Shown: piece by piece, positions 42,685 to 52,041 of the stretch
Layout: the number at the start of each line of letters is the position of its first letter
Numbering within the stretch: the stretch's first letter is position 1
Origin: Burkholderiales bacterium
GTDB taxonomy: Bacteria > Pseudomonadota > Gammaproteobacteria > Burkholderiales > SG8-39
Direction of reading: 5' to 3'
Assembly (NCBI GenBank): GCA_035273665.1
Contig: DATEOW010000006.1
Coordinates: forward strand, 60,318-124,317
Length of the DNA: 64,000 nt
The notes under the pieces: model-generated
Seen by the model: the letters and a program-made list of their open reading frames with translations, nothing else
Databases searched by the model: none
What the model was told of the DNA's origin: nothing
Made by a program: the position numbers and the translations under genes

Positions 42685-43457
42685 ATTTATACCTGCCCCG
42701 CCTTAGTTTGCGGTTCATCCCGATATGGCGTCGCAACGCCTTGGTATGGCGCAAGCTTGCGATCCCCTCCGTGCTCGGCAATCTCGCCGACCCGATGATC
42801 TATATGCTGGGTTTGGGGTTTGGCCTCGGTGCCTTTTTGCCCGAAGTCAAAGGCGTACCTTATATCGCGTTTCTCGCCGCCGGTACGGTTTGTTTCTCTG
42901 TCGCCAACACGGCCACCTTTGAGGCGCTCTATTCGGCTTTTTCGCGCATGCATGTCCAACGGACGTGGGACGCGATTTTGAACGCGCCCATCTCCTTGGA
43001 GGACGTCGTCATCGGCGAACTGGTCTGGGCGACTACGAAAAGTTTTCTATCGGGCTTTGCCATCATGTTGGTGGTCTGGGCGCTGGGGCTCAGCCACTCT
43101 CTTATGTCCTTATGGATTCTGGCGCTTATTCCACTATTAGGTTTTGTGTTTGCCGCGCTCGCGTTGACGATGACCGCCTTGGCGCCGTCCTACGATTTCT
43201 TCATGTATTACTTCACGCTGTTCATCACACCCATGGCGATGCTTTGCGGGGTTTTCTATCCGATCGACTCCTTGCCGCAGACCGTGCAATGGGCGGTCCA
43301 TCTACTCCCCCTCACACATGCCACGCAGTTGGTGCGGCCCTTGCTCTTTGGCGAAATGCCGCAAAACATTCTGCTTCATCTCGCGGCATTGCTTGTTTAT
43401 GCGGTCGTCGGCGTATACGTCGCGCTCCTGTTGTTCAAGCGCCGCTTGTTGAAATAG
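42681..43457 (+). CDS. ABC-2 type transporter permease (NodJ-like)
   Basis: 258 aa with 6 TM segments. It has a 4-nt overlap with the ATPase gene. Confidence 0.85.
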   Translation: MNLYLPRLSLRFIPIWRRNALVWRKLAIPSVLGNLADPMIYMLGLGFGLGAFLPEVKGVPYIAFLAAGTVCFSVANTATFEALYSAFSRMHVQRTWDAILNAPISLEDVVIGELVWATTKSFLSGFAIMLVVWALGLSHSLMSLWILALIPLLGFVFAALALTMTALAPSYDFFMYYFTLFITPMAMLCGVFYPIDSLPQTVQWAVHLLPLTHATQLVRPLLFGEMPQNILLHLAALLVYAVVGVYVALLLFKRRLLK

Positions 43458-43467
43458 GAGCGCCCAC

Positions 43468-43884
43468 ATGCTTTGGATAAAATCTTTTCACTTGGTGTTC
43501 GTTGTCTCTTGGTTCGCTGGCCTGTTCTATTTGCCGCGGATTTTTGTGAACCTTGCGCAAGAGGAAAATCCGGCCGCGCATACACGCTTGTTGCGTATGG
43601 GTGAAAAGCTTTACCGATTCATGACCCTGATTGCGATCGTCGCATTGATCCTGGGCCTATGGCTCTGGCTTGGTTATGGCGTCGGTCAAGGCGAAGCCTG
43701 GCTCTACACGAAATTGTTTGTTGTACTTTTACTCGCCGGCTATCACCATGCTTGCGGTCGGCTGCTGAAGAAATTTACCCGCAATGAAAATCGCCACAGC
43801 CATAATTGGTACCGCTGGTTCAACGAAGTGCCTGTATTGCTACTCATTGCTGCGACCGTGCTGGCCGTTGTGAAACCTTTTTGA
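43468..43884 (+). CDS. hemJ: protoporphyrinogen oxidase HemJ
   Basis: 138 aa. The motif MLWIKSFHLVFVVSWFAGLFYLPRIFV is characteristic of the HemJ/UPF0093 family. Confidence 0.85.
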   Translation: MLWIKSFHLVFVVSWFAGLFYLPRIFVNLAQEENPAAHTRLLRMGEKLYRFMTLIAIVALILGLWLWLGYGVGQGEAWLYTKLFVVLLLAGYHHACGRLLKKFTRNENRHSHNWYRWFNEVPVLLLIAATVLAVVKPF

Positions 43885-45038
43885 TGAACGCTCATTTTTT
43901 TGCGACTTGCCCGCGCGGTTTAGAGGGTTTGCTTGTGCAGGAGCTGGCAGCTTGCGGCGCTCAAGCGATCGAAGGCACGGGCGGAGGCGCTAAATTCACC
44001 GGCGACTGGACGGCTTGTTATGGCGTCAATCTCCATAGCCGAGTCGCCACGCGGGTCTTATTACGCGTCGCGCATGGCGACTACAAGAACGAGCAAGACG
44101 TCTATACGCTCGCGCGTGGCGTGGATTGGTCTACGCATTTTGCAATCCATAACAGCATCCGCGTGGACATCACCGCGATTCGCTCGCCCTTGCGCAGCTT
44201 GGATTTCGCTACGCTGCGCATCAAGGATGCGGTATGCGACCGGTTCCGCGATGAGTTCGGCTCCCGGCCGGATGTGGATACGCGAGCACCCGATGTACGC
44301 ATTGTCGGTTTCCTCGACGAGCGAAATGTGAGCCTTTATCTCGATACCTCCGGAGAGCCGCTGTATAAGCGGGGCTATCGCCTGGATACCGGGGAGGCAC
44401 CGCTCAAGGAGAATTTAGCCGCGGGGATTGTCATGCTCAGCGGGTGGGCGCCTCAAGAGCCATTTCTCGACCCCATGTGCGGCAGTGGGACCTTGCTAAT
44501 CGAAGCGGCGCAAATCGCCTTAAGAATCGCGCCCGGTTCCCGTAGAAGCTTCGGTTTCGAAAAACTGAAAAGCTTCGTCCCACCGCTTTGGCAAAGGATG
44601 AAGGACGAAGCGACTTCGGCTCAACTCTCAGAAAGTCCGGCGCCCATTTTTGGAGCCGATCTCTATGGCGACGAATTGAAAAGCAGTCTGGCGAATCTAG
44701 AGAAGGCGGGTCTCGCGCATATCGTGCTTCTCAAACAAGCGAACATCTTGGAGTTGCCCGCGCCGGCGCCGAGCGGCGTGATGATCGCAAATCCACCGTA
44801 TGGCAAACGGCTCGATGAGAGCGAAAAGCTGGAAAGCTTTTATCCGAAACTGGGCGACGCGTTGAAAGCGAATTTCGCCGGCTGGCGCTGTTATTTGTTC
44901 AGCGCCGATATGGGGTTGCCCAAACACCTTGGGTTGAAAGCCAGCAAGCGAACGCCGCTTTTCAATGGTGCGCTCGAATGCCGGCTGTTCGAATATAAGA
45001 TCATCTCCGGCTCGATGCGAAAACAAAAAGAGTCTTAG
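43884..45038 (+). CDS. THUMP domain-containing class I SAM-dependent RNA methyltransferase (RlmL N-terminal-half type)
   Basis: FFATCPRGLEGLL, a THUMP region, DPMCGSGTLLIEA and NPPYGKRL. Start is at ATG 43884, which overlaps the hemJ stop. Confidence 0.85.
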   Translation: MNAHFFATCPRGLEGLLVQELAACGAQAIEGTGGGAKFTGDWTACYGVNLHSRVATRVLLRVAHGDYKNEQDVYTLARGVDWSTHFAIHNSIRVDITAIRSPLRSLDFATLRIKDAVCDRFRDEFGSRPDVDTRAPDVRIVGFLDERNVSLYLDTSGEPLYKRGYRLDTGEAPLKENLAAGIVMLSGWAPQEPFLDPMCGSGTLLIEAAQIALRIAPGSRRSFGFEKLKSFVPPLWQRMKDEATSAQLSESPAPIFGADLYGDELKSSLANLEKAGLAHIVLLKQANILELPAPAPSGVMIANPPYGKRLDESEKLESFYPKLGDALKANFAGWRCYLFSADMGLPKHLGLKASKRTPLFNGALECRLFEYKIISGSMRKQKES

Positions 45039-45655
45039 TAGCCGTGGTCGAAAAACTCGACGATGCCGGCGTCAATCGAGTACTCCGCGCCAACCACCAT
45101 GAGACCTTCATTTTGGATAAGCGATTCGAGAATCTCCGAGCCGTGACGCAGATGGTTGACTGAAGCCATCACATTTGCGCGGATGGCGTGATGGACGAGC
45201 GCATCTCGATCATGACGCAGATCGGTGCCCAGCAAAGGCTCTACTGAAGGCCGAATTCGGTCGACAATGGAATGCAAATTCCGCCATTGCTTCTCCGTCG
45301 GCTGATGCAGCTCCTCGAGCGTCGCCTCAATAGCGCCGCATCCGGTATGACCCAGCACGACCACCAGCCGCGTTTCGAAACGCGCTGCGGCGAATTCCAC
45401 GCTGCCCACCTGCGAGGGCGCAACGATATTGCCGGCGACCCGAATCACGAACAAATCTCCGAGCCCTTGATTGAAAACGATCTCCGCTGGGACGCGGGAA
45501 TCCGAACAACCGAGGATGATGGCGAAGGGATGCTGTTCTTTTGGCAGTGCGGTGCGTTTGGAATCGTTTAACAGCGCCTGTCCATTGCGCATACTGGCGG
45601 CGAACTCGAGGTTCCCCTTTTTTAGGCGCTCTAGCGCTTCTTTTGCCGGAATCAT
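45035..45655 (-). CDS. beta-class carbonic anhydrase
   Basis: Zn-ligand motifs CSDSRVP and GHTGCGA. Confidence 0.9.
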   Translation of the reverse strand: MIPAKEALERLKKGNLEFAASMRNGQALLNDSKRTALPKEQHPFAIILGCSDSRVPAEIVFNQGLGDLFVIRVAGNIVAPSQVGSVEFAAARFETRLVVVLGHTGCGAIEATLEELHQPTEKQWRNLHSIVDRIRPSVEPLLGTDLRHDRDALVHHAIRANVMASVNHLRHGSEILESLIQNEGLMVVGAEYSIDAGIVEFFDHGY

Positions 45656-45900
45656 TCTTATCGATATAAAAAAACGTAGTCGTGATTTTAGTGGATTTCG
45701 GCTATCGAGGCTCGAAAACTAAAAGCGGGCAACATTACTCCTCTTTGACTGCGAGTCTCCCAGTTTGCCGGGTACATGGAATGAATGGAACGTGGGGGAT
45801 CGTGAGAGGATCGCGATATAAGCAACCGCTGGAACGCTAACACCACCACGACGCTAGGCATTGTTAGCTACCTTTGCAATATTCCGCCTGCTAACAACGA

Positions 45901-45930
45901 CCACAAACAAAAGCCGGCATAGGCCGGCTT
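45901..45930 (-). terminator. intrinsic terminator downstream of pilU
   Basis: Perfect 8-bp stem AAGCCGGC/GCCGGCTT (45911-45930) with a 4-nt loop. On the minus strand it is followed by TTGTTTGT. It lies 31 nt after the pilU stop. Confidence 0.7.
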
Positions 45931-45960
45931 CTATTCCCCGCGCTCACGGGTTAAAACTGA

Positions 45961-47100
45961 TTACTTGATGATATCGAGATGTTCGATACCCTTGGTGATG
46001 TCCTTGTTCTTCGCTTCCTTCGAATGTAGCTTGATGGCAAGGCGAAGATCGTTGACCGAGTCGGCATTGCGCAGCGCATCTTCGTATGTAATCACGCCGT
46101 TGTCATACAGCTCGAATAAATGTTGGTCGAAGGTTTGCATGCCGAGCTCACGGGACCGTTTCATGATCTCTTTGATCTCGTGCACTTCGCCTTTGAAAAT
46201 AAGATCGGCGATCAGCGGCGAGTTCAACATCACTTCGACGGCAGCCACGCGTCCACGGCCCTCGCGTAAGGGAATCAACCGCTGGGAGACCATGCCGCGC
46301 AAATTGAGCGACAAGTCCATCAGCAATTGCGGACGACGCTCTTCTGGGAAAAAGTTGATGATCCGGTCGATCGCCTGGTTCGAGCTATTGGCGTGCAAGG
46401 TCGCCATACACAAGTGTCCGGTTTCTGCGAAAGCAATGGCGTAGTCCATGGTTTCGCGGTCTCGAATCTCACCCATCAAAATGACGTCGGGCGCCTGGCG
46501 CAGCGTGTTCTTCAGCGCCGCTTCCCAAGACTCGGTGTCAACGCCGATTTCGCGTTGCGTGATAATGCAGTTCCTATGGGGATGCACATATTCCACCGGA
46601 TCTTCGATGGTGATGATGTGGCCATAAGAGTTTTCGTTGCGGAATCCGACCATTGCGGCGAGCGACGTGGATTTACCGGAACCGGTTGCACCGACCATGA
46701 TGACGAGGCCGCGCTTGGTTAGCGCGATGTCCTTCAATACCTGCGGTAGGCCCAACTCTTCGACCGTAGGGATCGTCGAATTGATCGTACGCATCACCAT
46801 GCCGATCTGGCCCTGTTGCACAAACGCGCTGACGCGGAAACGACCGATCCCGCCGGGGCTGATCGCGAACTGACATTCTTTAGTCGCTTCGAATTCAGCG
46901 GCCTGACGATCGTTCATCACCGATCGAACTAACTCGGATGTGTGCTGCGCCGACAGCGGCTGTTGGGAGACCGGCGTCATTTTGCCGTCTAGCTTGATCG
47001 CAGGCGGAAAACCGACGGTGATGAACAGATCCGATGCCTTCTTGCTGACCATGAGGCGTAACAAGTCATAAATAAATTTTGTAGCCTGATCGCGCTCCAT
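45961..47100 (-). CDS. pilU: type IV pilus retraction ATPase paralogue PilU
   Basis: 379-aa PilT/PilU family protein (Walker A GATGSGKST, Asp box, His box TLHANSS), positioned second after pilT. Confidence 0.88.
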   Translation of the reverse strand: MERDQATKFIYDLLRLMVSKKASDLFITVGFPPAIKLDGKMTPVSQQPLSAQHTSELVRSVMNDRQAAEFEATKECQFAISPGGIGRFRVSAFVQQGQIGMVMRTINSTIPTVEELGLPQVLKDIALTKRGLVIMVGATGSGKSTSLAAMVGFRNENSYGHIITIEDPVEYVHPHRNCIITQREIGVDTESWEAALKNTLRQAPDVILMGEIRDRETMDYAIAFAETGHLCMATLHANSSNQAIDRIINFFPEERRPQLLMDLSLNLRGMVSQRLIPLREGRGRVAAVEVMLNSPLIADLIFKGEVHEIKEIMKRSRELGMQTFDQHLFELYDNGVITYEDALRNADSVNDLRLAIKLHSKEAKNKDITKGIEHLDIIK

Positions 47101-47177
47101 GGCGACGCTCCTTTTGCATATGGAAGCTCTGGTTAAGCTATCCGTCGAACCAGGGCTTCACTGGATTCACGGGATCT

Positions 47178-47197
47178 CAAGAGGCAGCCGCCTCTTG
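47178..47197 (-). other. perfect 8-bp stem-loop between pilT and pilU (no U-tract)
   Basis: CAAGAGGC-AGCC-GCCTCTTG lies 19 nt after the pilT stop. No U-run follows on either strand, so it is not a canonical terminator. It may be an attenuator or a stability element. Confidence 0.3.
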
Positions 47198-47215
47198 CTC
47201 TAATAAACCCGGCGC

Positions 47216-48259
47216 TTAGCCGAGGAAGTTGTCTTTGTTCGCGGCCTTGGTGCGCGCCTCTGCCATGCTTACGACGTTGCGTTTGACCAGCTCCTGCAGA
47301 TTCTGGTCAAGCGTTTGCATGCCGTATTGCTGGCCGGTCTGGATCGACGAATACATCTGTGCGATCTTGTTTTCGCGTATCAGGTTACGGATCGCTGGCG
47401 TGCCGATCATGATTTCATGCGCTGCGACGCGGCTATTGCCGTCTTTGGTTTTAAGCAGCGTTTGCGAGATAACCGCGCGCAGCGACTCGGACAACATAGC
47501 GCGCACCATCTCCTTTTCCGCTGCCGGAAAAACGTCCACGATACGATCGATGGTCTTGGCGGCCGAGCTGGTGTGCAGGGTACCGAATACCAGGTGACCG
47601 GTTTCCGCACCGGTCAAGGCGAGGCGAATGGTTTCCAAGTCACGCATCTCGCCGACCAAGATTACATCCGGATCTTCGCGCAAGGCACTGCGCAATGCGT
47701 TAGAGAATGACAGCGTATGCGGCCCGACTTCGCGTTGGTTGATCAGGCACTTCTTCGATTCGTGTACGAATTCGATCGGGTCTTCGATGGTGAGGATGTG
47801 GCCATAGTCGTTGTCGTTGATCTGGTTGACCATCGCCGCCAAGGTGGTGGACTTGCCGGAACCCGTCGGGCCGGTGACCAGAACGATGCCTCGCGGTTGC
47901 TGTGCGATTTCGCCAAAGATCTTAGGCGCGTTGAGTTCTTCGAGCGTCAGTACCTTGCTGGGAATAGTCCGCATGACGGCTGCGGCGCCACGCTGTTGAA
48001 CAAAGGCATTCACGCGAAAACGGGCCAAACCCGGGATGGCAAAGGAAAAGTCGCATTCCAGAATTTCTTCATAAGTCTTGCGCTGCGCGTCGTTCATGAT
48101 GTCATAGATCATGCCGTGGACGTCTTTGTGTTCCAGCGCGGGAAGGTTGATACGGCGTACATCGCCGTTGACGCGAATCATGGGCGGAAGGCCGGACGAC
48201 AGGTGCAAATCGGAGGCCTTGTTTTTGACAACGAAGGCCAGTAGTTCAGATATGTCCAT
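47216..48259 (-). CDS. pilT: type IV pilus twitching motility ATPase PilT
   Basis: MDISELLAFVVKNKASDLHL, Walker A GPTGSGKST, TLHTSSAAKTIDRI and the AIRNLIRE motif. Start is at ATG 48259. Confidence 0.93.
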   Translation of the reverse strand: MDISELLAFVVKNKASDLHLSSGLPPMIRVNGDVRRINLPALEHKDVHGMIYDIMNDAQRKTYEEILECDFSFAIPGLARFRVNAFVQQRGAAAVMRTIPSKVLTLEELNAPKIFGEIAQQPRGIVLVTGPTGSGKSTTLAAMVNQINDNDYGHILTIEDPIEFVHESKKCLINQREVGPHTLSFSNALRSALREDPDVILVGEMRDLETIRLALTGAETGHLVFGTLHTSSAAKTIDRIVDVFPAAEKEMVRAMLSESLRAVISQTLLKTKDGNSRVAAHEIMIGTPAIRNLIRENKIAQMYSSIQTGQQYGMQTLDQNLQELVKRNVVSMAEARTKAANKDNFLG

Positions 48260-48339
48260 ATAATTTGAAATCCTGTTTTTGGGTCCGGCGGAGGCTACGA
48301 TCCAGCCCTTAAAACAAGGCAAATCGCAGCGGAACGATT

Positions 48340-49029
48340 ATGGACACAACAAAAATTCACCTGCAAGCCGTACGCTCTCGTATTGCGGACGCATGCCTCC
48401 TCTCACAGCGAAAGGAACGTGACATAGTTCTCGTCGCAGTGAGCAAGGCGGTGCCGGCGGAAAAAATCCGCTGCGCGCATGCTGCCGGTCAGCGTCATTT
48501 TGGCGAAAGTTATGCACAGGAAGCTTTGGACAAAATGAGTGCGCTGGCAGACCTCGGTGACCTCATTTGGCATTTCATCGGGCCGATACAGAGCAACAAG
48601 ACCCGAGCCATCGCCGAGCATTTCGACTGGGTCCACGCCGTCGACCGCTTGAAAATTGCGGAACGGTTATCCAGTCAGCGGCCCGCTACAAAACCTCCCC
48701 TGGACCTTTGCATTCAAGTGAATATCAGCGGCGAATCGACAAAAAGCGGTGTTGAGCCCGCGGAGGCGGGGATACTCGCCCAGTCCATTCTTCGTTTGCC
48801 GCGACTGAGGCTTCGCGGTCTCATGGCGATCCCTGCGCCCACGTCCGATCGCGCCTTGCGCAAACGCCAACTTGAGTCTTTAACCGACTTGCAGCGCACT
48901 TTGGTGGCCCAGGGCTTGTCGCTCGACACCCTTTCAATGGGAATGTCGGATGATCTTGAAGAAGCAATCTCGGCCGGAAGCACCCTATTGCGGGTCGGGA
49001 CGGCTATATTTGGGCCCCGGCCTCTTTAA
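48340..49029 (+). CDS. yggS: YggS-family pyridoxal phosphate homeostasis protein
   Basis: 229 aa with the motifs LVAVSK and HFIGPIQSNK, divergent from pilT as in Pseudomonas. Confidence 0.88.
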   Translation: MDTTKIHLQAVRSRIADACLLSQRKERDIVLVAVSKAVPAEKIRCAHAAGQRHFGESYAQEALDKMSALADLGDLIWHFIGPIQSNKTRAIAEHFDWVHAVDRLKIAERLSSQRPATKPPLDLCIQVNISGESTKSGVEPAEAGILAQSILRLPRLRLRGLMAIPAPTSDRALRKRQLESLTDLQRTLVAQGLSLDTLSMGMSDDLEEAISAGSTLLRVGTAIFGPRPL

Positions 49030-49043
49030 CCGAGCACCTTGTA

Positions 49044-49856
49044 ATGAACATCAGTTTTATCGGCGGTGGGAACATGGCGGCGGCGCTTATCGGCGGGCTG
49101 ATTTCCAAGGGTTTCGACCCACGCGCAATACGAGTTGTCGAGGTCTTGCCGGAAGCGCGGGAGCGTCTGAATACCTATTACGGCGTCGAGTGTTTCGCCG
49201 AGCCCGCGCTTGCAGCGCCTTTGGGCGATGTGATCGTGCTTGCGGTCAAACCACAACAGATGCGCAGCGTCGCTCGCTCCGTGAGTGCCTATGTCAAGGA
49301 AGCGCTCGTGCTGAGTATCGCGGCCGGTATTCGCTTACCGGATCTGGCGCGCTGGCTGGGCGGGCAGGTGCATTTGGCCCGCTGCATGCCCAACACGCCG
49401 GCACTGATCGGCATGGGGATTAGCGGCTTGTACGCTGCGCCGGCCGTATCGGCGGAGCAGCGTGCGAACGCGCAACGCATTTTGGAAGCGGTGGGCCGTG
49501 TGGTTTGGGTAGAAGAGGAAGAATTGCTGGATCCGGTTACGGCGGTTTCGGGAAGCGGGCCAGCTTATGTTTTTTATTTTATCGAAGCGATGCAGCAAGC
49601 GGCCGTAAAAATGGGGTTGCCCGATAGCATTGCCCGCGATTTGATCATCGATACTTTTCGCGGCGCTACCGAGCTCGCCGCTCGCGCGGACGAACCTGTA
49701 AGCAATTTGCGCGAACGCGTCACCTCCAAAGGTGGCACGACGGAACGCGCGCTCGCCAGCATGGCGCAAGATCAGGTCGCAGAAGCGATCGTTAAGGCGC
49801 TCAAAGCGGCATCCGCGCGCGCAACGAGCTTAGGCGACGAATTGGGACTTGATTAA
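49044..49856 (+). CDS. proC: pyrroline-5-carboxylate reductase
   Basis: ISFIGGGNMAAALIGG (NADP site), MPNTPALIG and SKGGTTE. Confidence 0.93.
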   Translation: MNISFIGGGNMAAALIGGLISKGFDPRAIRVVEVLPEARERLNTYYGVECFAEPALAAPLGDVIVLAVKPQQMRSVARSVSAYVKEALVLSIAAGIRLPDLARWLGGQVHLARCMPNTPALIGMGISGLYAAPAVSAEQRANAQRILEAVGRVVWVEEEELLDPVTAVSGSGPAYVFYFIEAMQQAAVKMGLPDSIARDLIIDTFRGATELAARADEPVSNLRERVTSKGGTTERALASMAQDQVAEAIVKALKAASARATSLGDELGLD

Positions 49857-49865
49857 GGGATAGGC

Positions 49866-50405
49866 ATGAAACTGATCCAAATCGCCGCTTTCTTGATCGA
49901 AACGGTCTTCGGCTTCTTTGTTTTTCTGGTGCTGCTGCGGTTTCTGCTGCAAAGCTTGCGAGCCCCTTTTCACAATCCCATCGGGCAATTCACCATCGCG
50001 CTGACCGACTGGATCGTTCGTCCCTTGCGCCGGATCATCCCGCCTTTTCGGCGCCAGGACCTCGCCAGCCTGGTAGCGGCATGGCTCCTGATTCTGGTCA
50101 AAATTCTCCTGTTGATGTTGCTATTGGGCATGCCGATCCTCATCGGCAACTTGCTGATGCTGTCCGGAATCGATCTGCTCCGCGATATGTTGCGGCTGAT
50201 CATGCTTGTCGTTATCGTGCAGATCGTCGTCAGCTGGATCAATCCGCAGAACCCGCTTAGCTTTGTTTTGAACGCGCTGACCCGGCCCTTCTACCGCTTG
50301 TTCCGTTTTGTGCCGCCGGTGGGCCAGTTCGATTTGTCGCCGCTATTCGTGTTGCTGGCGATCAATATTCTTCTCATTCTGTTGCCTGATTTTCGCGGCT
50401 TGTAA
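49866..50405 (+). CDS. yggT: YggT-family membrane protein
   Basis: 179 aa with duplicated YggT repeats, downstream of proC. Confidence 0.8.
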   Translation: MKLIQIAAFLIETVFGFFVFLVLLRFLLQSLRAPFHNPIGQFTIALTDWIVRPLRRIIPPFRRQDLASLVAAWLLILVKILLLMLLLGMPILIGNLLMLSGIDLLRDMLRLIMLVVIVQIVVSWINPQNPLSFVLNALTRPFYRLFRFVPPVGQFDLSPLFVLLAINILLILLPDFRGL

Positions 50406-50489
50406 CGGCCTTAGAGGGCTGAAGCGAAAGGCACGACGGCGAAAGCCCGGTCCGCTCTTTTGACAGGAGCACTGGCACAGCGAAAAAAT

Positions 50490-51767
50490 TCAGCGCGCTT
50501 CGTGACAGAGTCGTCCGGACACAAAGGTGTAACGCGTAACACCGGGCAGTTCGTAGCCCAGGAACGGCGTGTTCCTACCTTGGCTTTTCAGCGATTCGGC
50601 GCTCAGCTTGAACCACTGTTCCGCCGCGAAAATGCATATATCCGCTTCCGCGCCGACGCCGAGATGGCCCGCATCGATATTCAATACTTTTGCCGGTTCA
50701 CTGGTAATCCGCGCTAAAGCTTGCAGCAACGGAATCTTGAGTTCCTGGGCCCATTTCAAGGTCAGGGGCAGAAGCAATTCCAACCCAGTCGCTCCGGGCT
50801 CCGATTCCGCGAAAGGCATTTGCTTCGCGTCGTCGTCTACCGGAGTGTGGTCGGAGCAAATCGCATCAATTGCACCGTCGCGCGCACCTTGGCGCAAAGC
50901 ATCGCGATCGCGCAAAGAACGCAATGGCGGTACCAAATTGCAATGCGGATCAAAATAACCCAGATCCATTTCGGATAGATGCAAGTGATGCACAGCAACG
51001 TCGCAAGTCACAGGAAGGCCCGCTTGTTTCGCATCTCGCACCATTGCAACCGCCTCAGCGGTCGATAACCTGCAAAGGTGCACGCGCGCGCCGGTGGCGC
51101 GCACCAGTTGCAATATCGCTGCTAAGGCAATGGTTTCGGCAAACGCCGGAATACCCGCTAAGCCAAGGCGCGTCGCAACTTCTCCATCGTGCGCAATACC
51201 CGCTTTGGCGAGGAATGAATCCTGGGGCCTTAACCAAACGGTAAAGCCGAAGGTCTTGGCATATTGCAGCGCGCGCCACAATACTTCGGTATCGAGAATC
51301 TGCCGGTCGGCCTGCGAAAAGGCAACGCATCCCGCATCGCGCAGCTCCGCCATTTCGGTCAACCGCTCACCTTCCAGCTTGGCTGTCAAAGCTCCAAGCG
51401 GATACACATGCGCGAGGTTGAGACTACGCGCCCGATGTTTAAGCATTTCAACCAGACCCGGCTCATCCAAGGGCGGATCAGTGTCCGGTGGACAAGCGAG
51501 GCTCGTCACGCCCCCTGCCACGGCCGCGCGCATTTCAGATTGAAGCGTCGCCTTATATTCGAAACCGGGCTCACGCAGGCGCGCGGAAAGATCAACAAAC
51601 CCCGGCGACACGACGAGTCCGGCAGCATCGATGGTTTTGTTCGGGCTGAAGCCCGGCGGCGTTGCGCCCAACCCAAGAATTTTCCCACCGCCAACGAAAA
51701 GATCTTGCACGGCATCCACGCCGTTCTTCGGATCAATCACGCGGCCGTTCTTGATGTGCGTCTTCAT
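50490..51767 (-). CDS. dihydroorotase-like protein PyrC' (predicted non-catalytic ATCase partner)
   Basis: 425-aa amidohydrolase fold downstream of pyrB. The canonical DxHxH metal motif reads VDLSARLREPG, so both His residues are replaced. Confidence 0.85.
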   Translation of the reverse strand: MKTHIKNGRVIDPKNGVDAVQDLFVGGGKILGLGATPPGFSPNKTIDAAGLVVSPGFVDLSARLREPGFEYKATLQSEMRAAVAGGVTSLACPPDTDPPLDEPGLVEMLKHRARSLNLAHVYPLGALTAKLEGERLTEMAELRDAGCVAFSQADRQILDTEVLWRALQYAKTFGFTVWLRPQDSFLAKAGIAHDGEVATRLGLAGIPAFAETIALAAILQLVRATGARVHLCRLSTAEAVAMVRDAKQAGLPVTCDVAVHHLHLSEMDLGYFDPHCNLVPPLRSLRDRDALRQGARDGAIDAICSDHTPVDDDAKQMPFAESEPGATGLELLLPLTLKWAQELKIPLLQALARITSEPAKVLNIDAGHLGVGAEADICIFAAEQWFKLSAESLKSQGRNTPFLGYELPGVTRYTFVSGRLCHEAR

Positions 51768-51768
51768 G

Positions 51769-52041
51769 AAGGACCTATCTCGCCACTCCGCGTGACCACG
51801 ACCGAAGCGATTTGCTTGTCCTGGCTAGGCGCTGATGACGACATTTGGTTATTCCAAATTAGGAAGAGGCAACGCAACCGGGGCAGCAAATCGCCCGGTC
51901 CCTCCGGGTTGCCGATCGATATCGGCGTCTGCGTTGTTGCGACCCCTTGCAATAGATGACTGTTGCCGCGGGCCCGCCGCCTAGCGTCCATCCGTTTTGA
52001 TCGAGCAACGTGGTTCATGGGGAGTAGCGAGATAGGTCCTT
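51769..52041. repeat. 273-bp structured element bounded by inverted repeats (MITE-like) between pyrB and pyrC'
   Basis: Terminal inverted repeats lie at 51769-51800 and 52009-52041. The first 15 nt are identical and about 29 of 33 positions match. A second-tier pairing links GCTAGGCG (51824-51831) with CGCCTAGC (51978-51985). Internal hairpins lie at 51843-51859, 51877-51899 and 51911-51926. No convincing ORF is present. Confidence 0.6.

Noticed and set aside
45656-45910. A 250-nt unannotated stretch upstream of the carbonic anhydrase gene. On the plus strand it has five GGA motifs between 45778 and 45833 (AUGGAA twice, GGGGAU, GAGGAU, CUGGAA), which suggests an Rsm/Csr-type sponge sRNA. On the minus strand there is a 15-codon mini-ORF (about 45685-45732, from ATGTTGCCC to TAA) behind AGAGGAG.
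   Set aside because: I found no convincing promoter for a plus-strand RNA. The GGA motifs do not sit in obvious hairpin loops. The nearby hairpin (45911-45930) has its U-tract only on the minus strand, where it serves as the pilU terminator. The mini-ORF's SD spacing is only 2-3 nt. The region is probably just the carbonic anhydrase promoter and leader, but RNA-seq would settle it.
51861-51870. The sequence GGAAGAGGC in the element resembles the purine-rich PyrR binding loop of Gram-positive pyr attenuators, and pyrR lies just upstream.
   Set aside because: The motif is on the plus strand, antisense to the pyr mRNA. The transcribed strand reads GCCTCTTCC. Gram-negative PyrR is not known to use this attenuation mechanism.
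51764-52018. An 84-aa minus-strand ORF inside the pyrB-pyrC' element.
   Set aside because: It runs through the hairpins, overlaps the pyrC' start in another frame, has no SD and is low in complexity. The inverted-repeat structure explains the region better than coding does.
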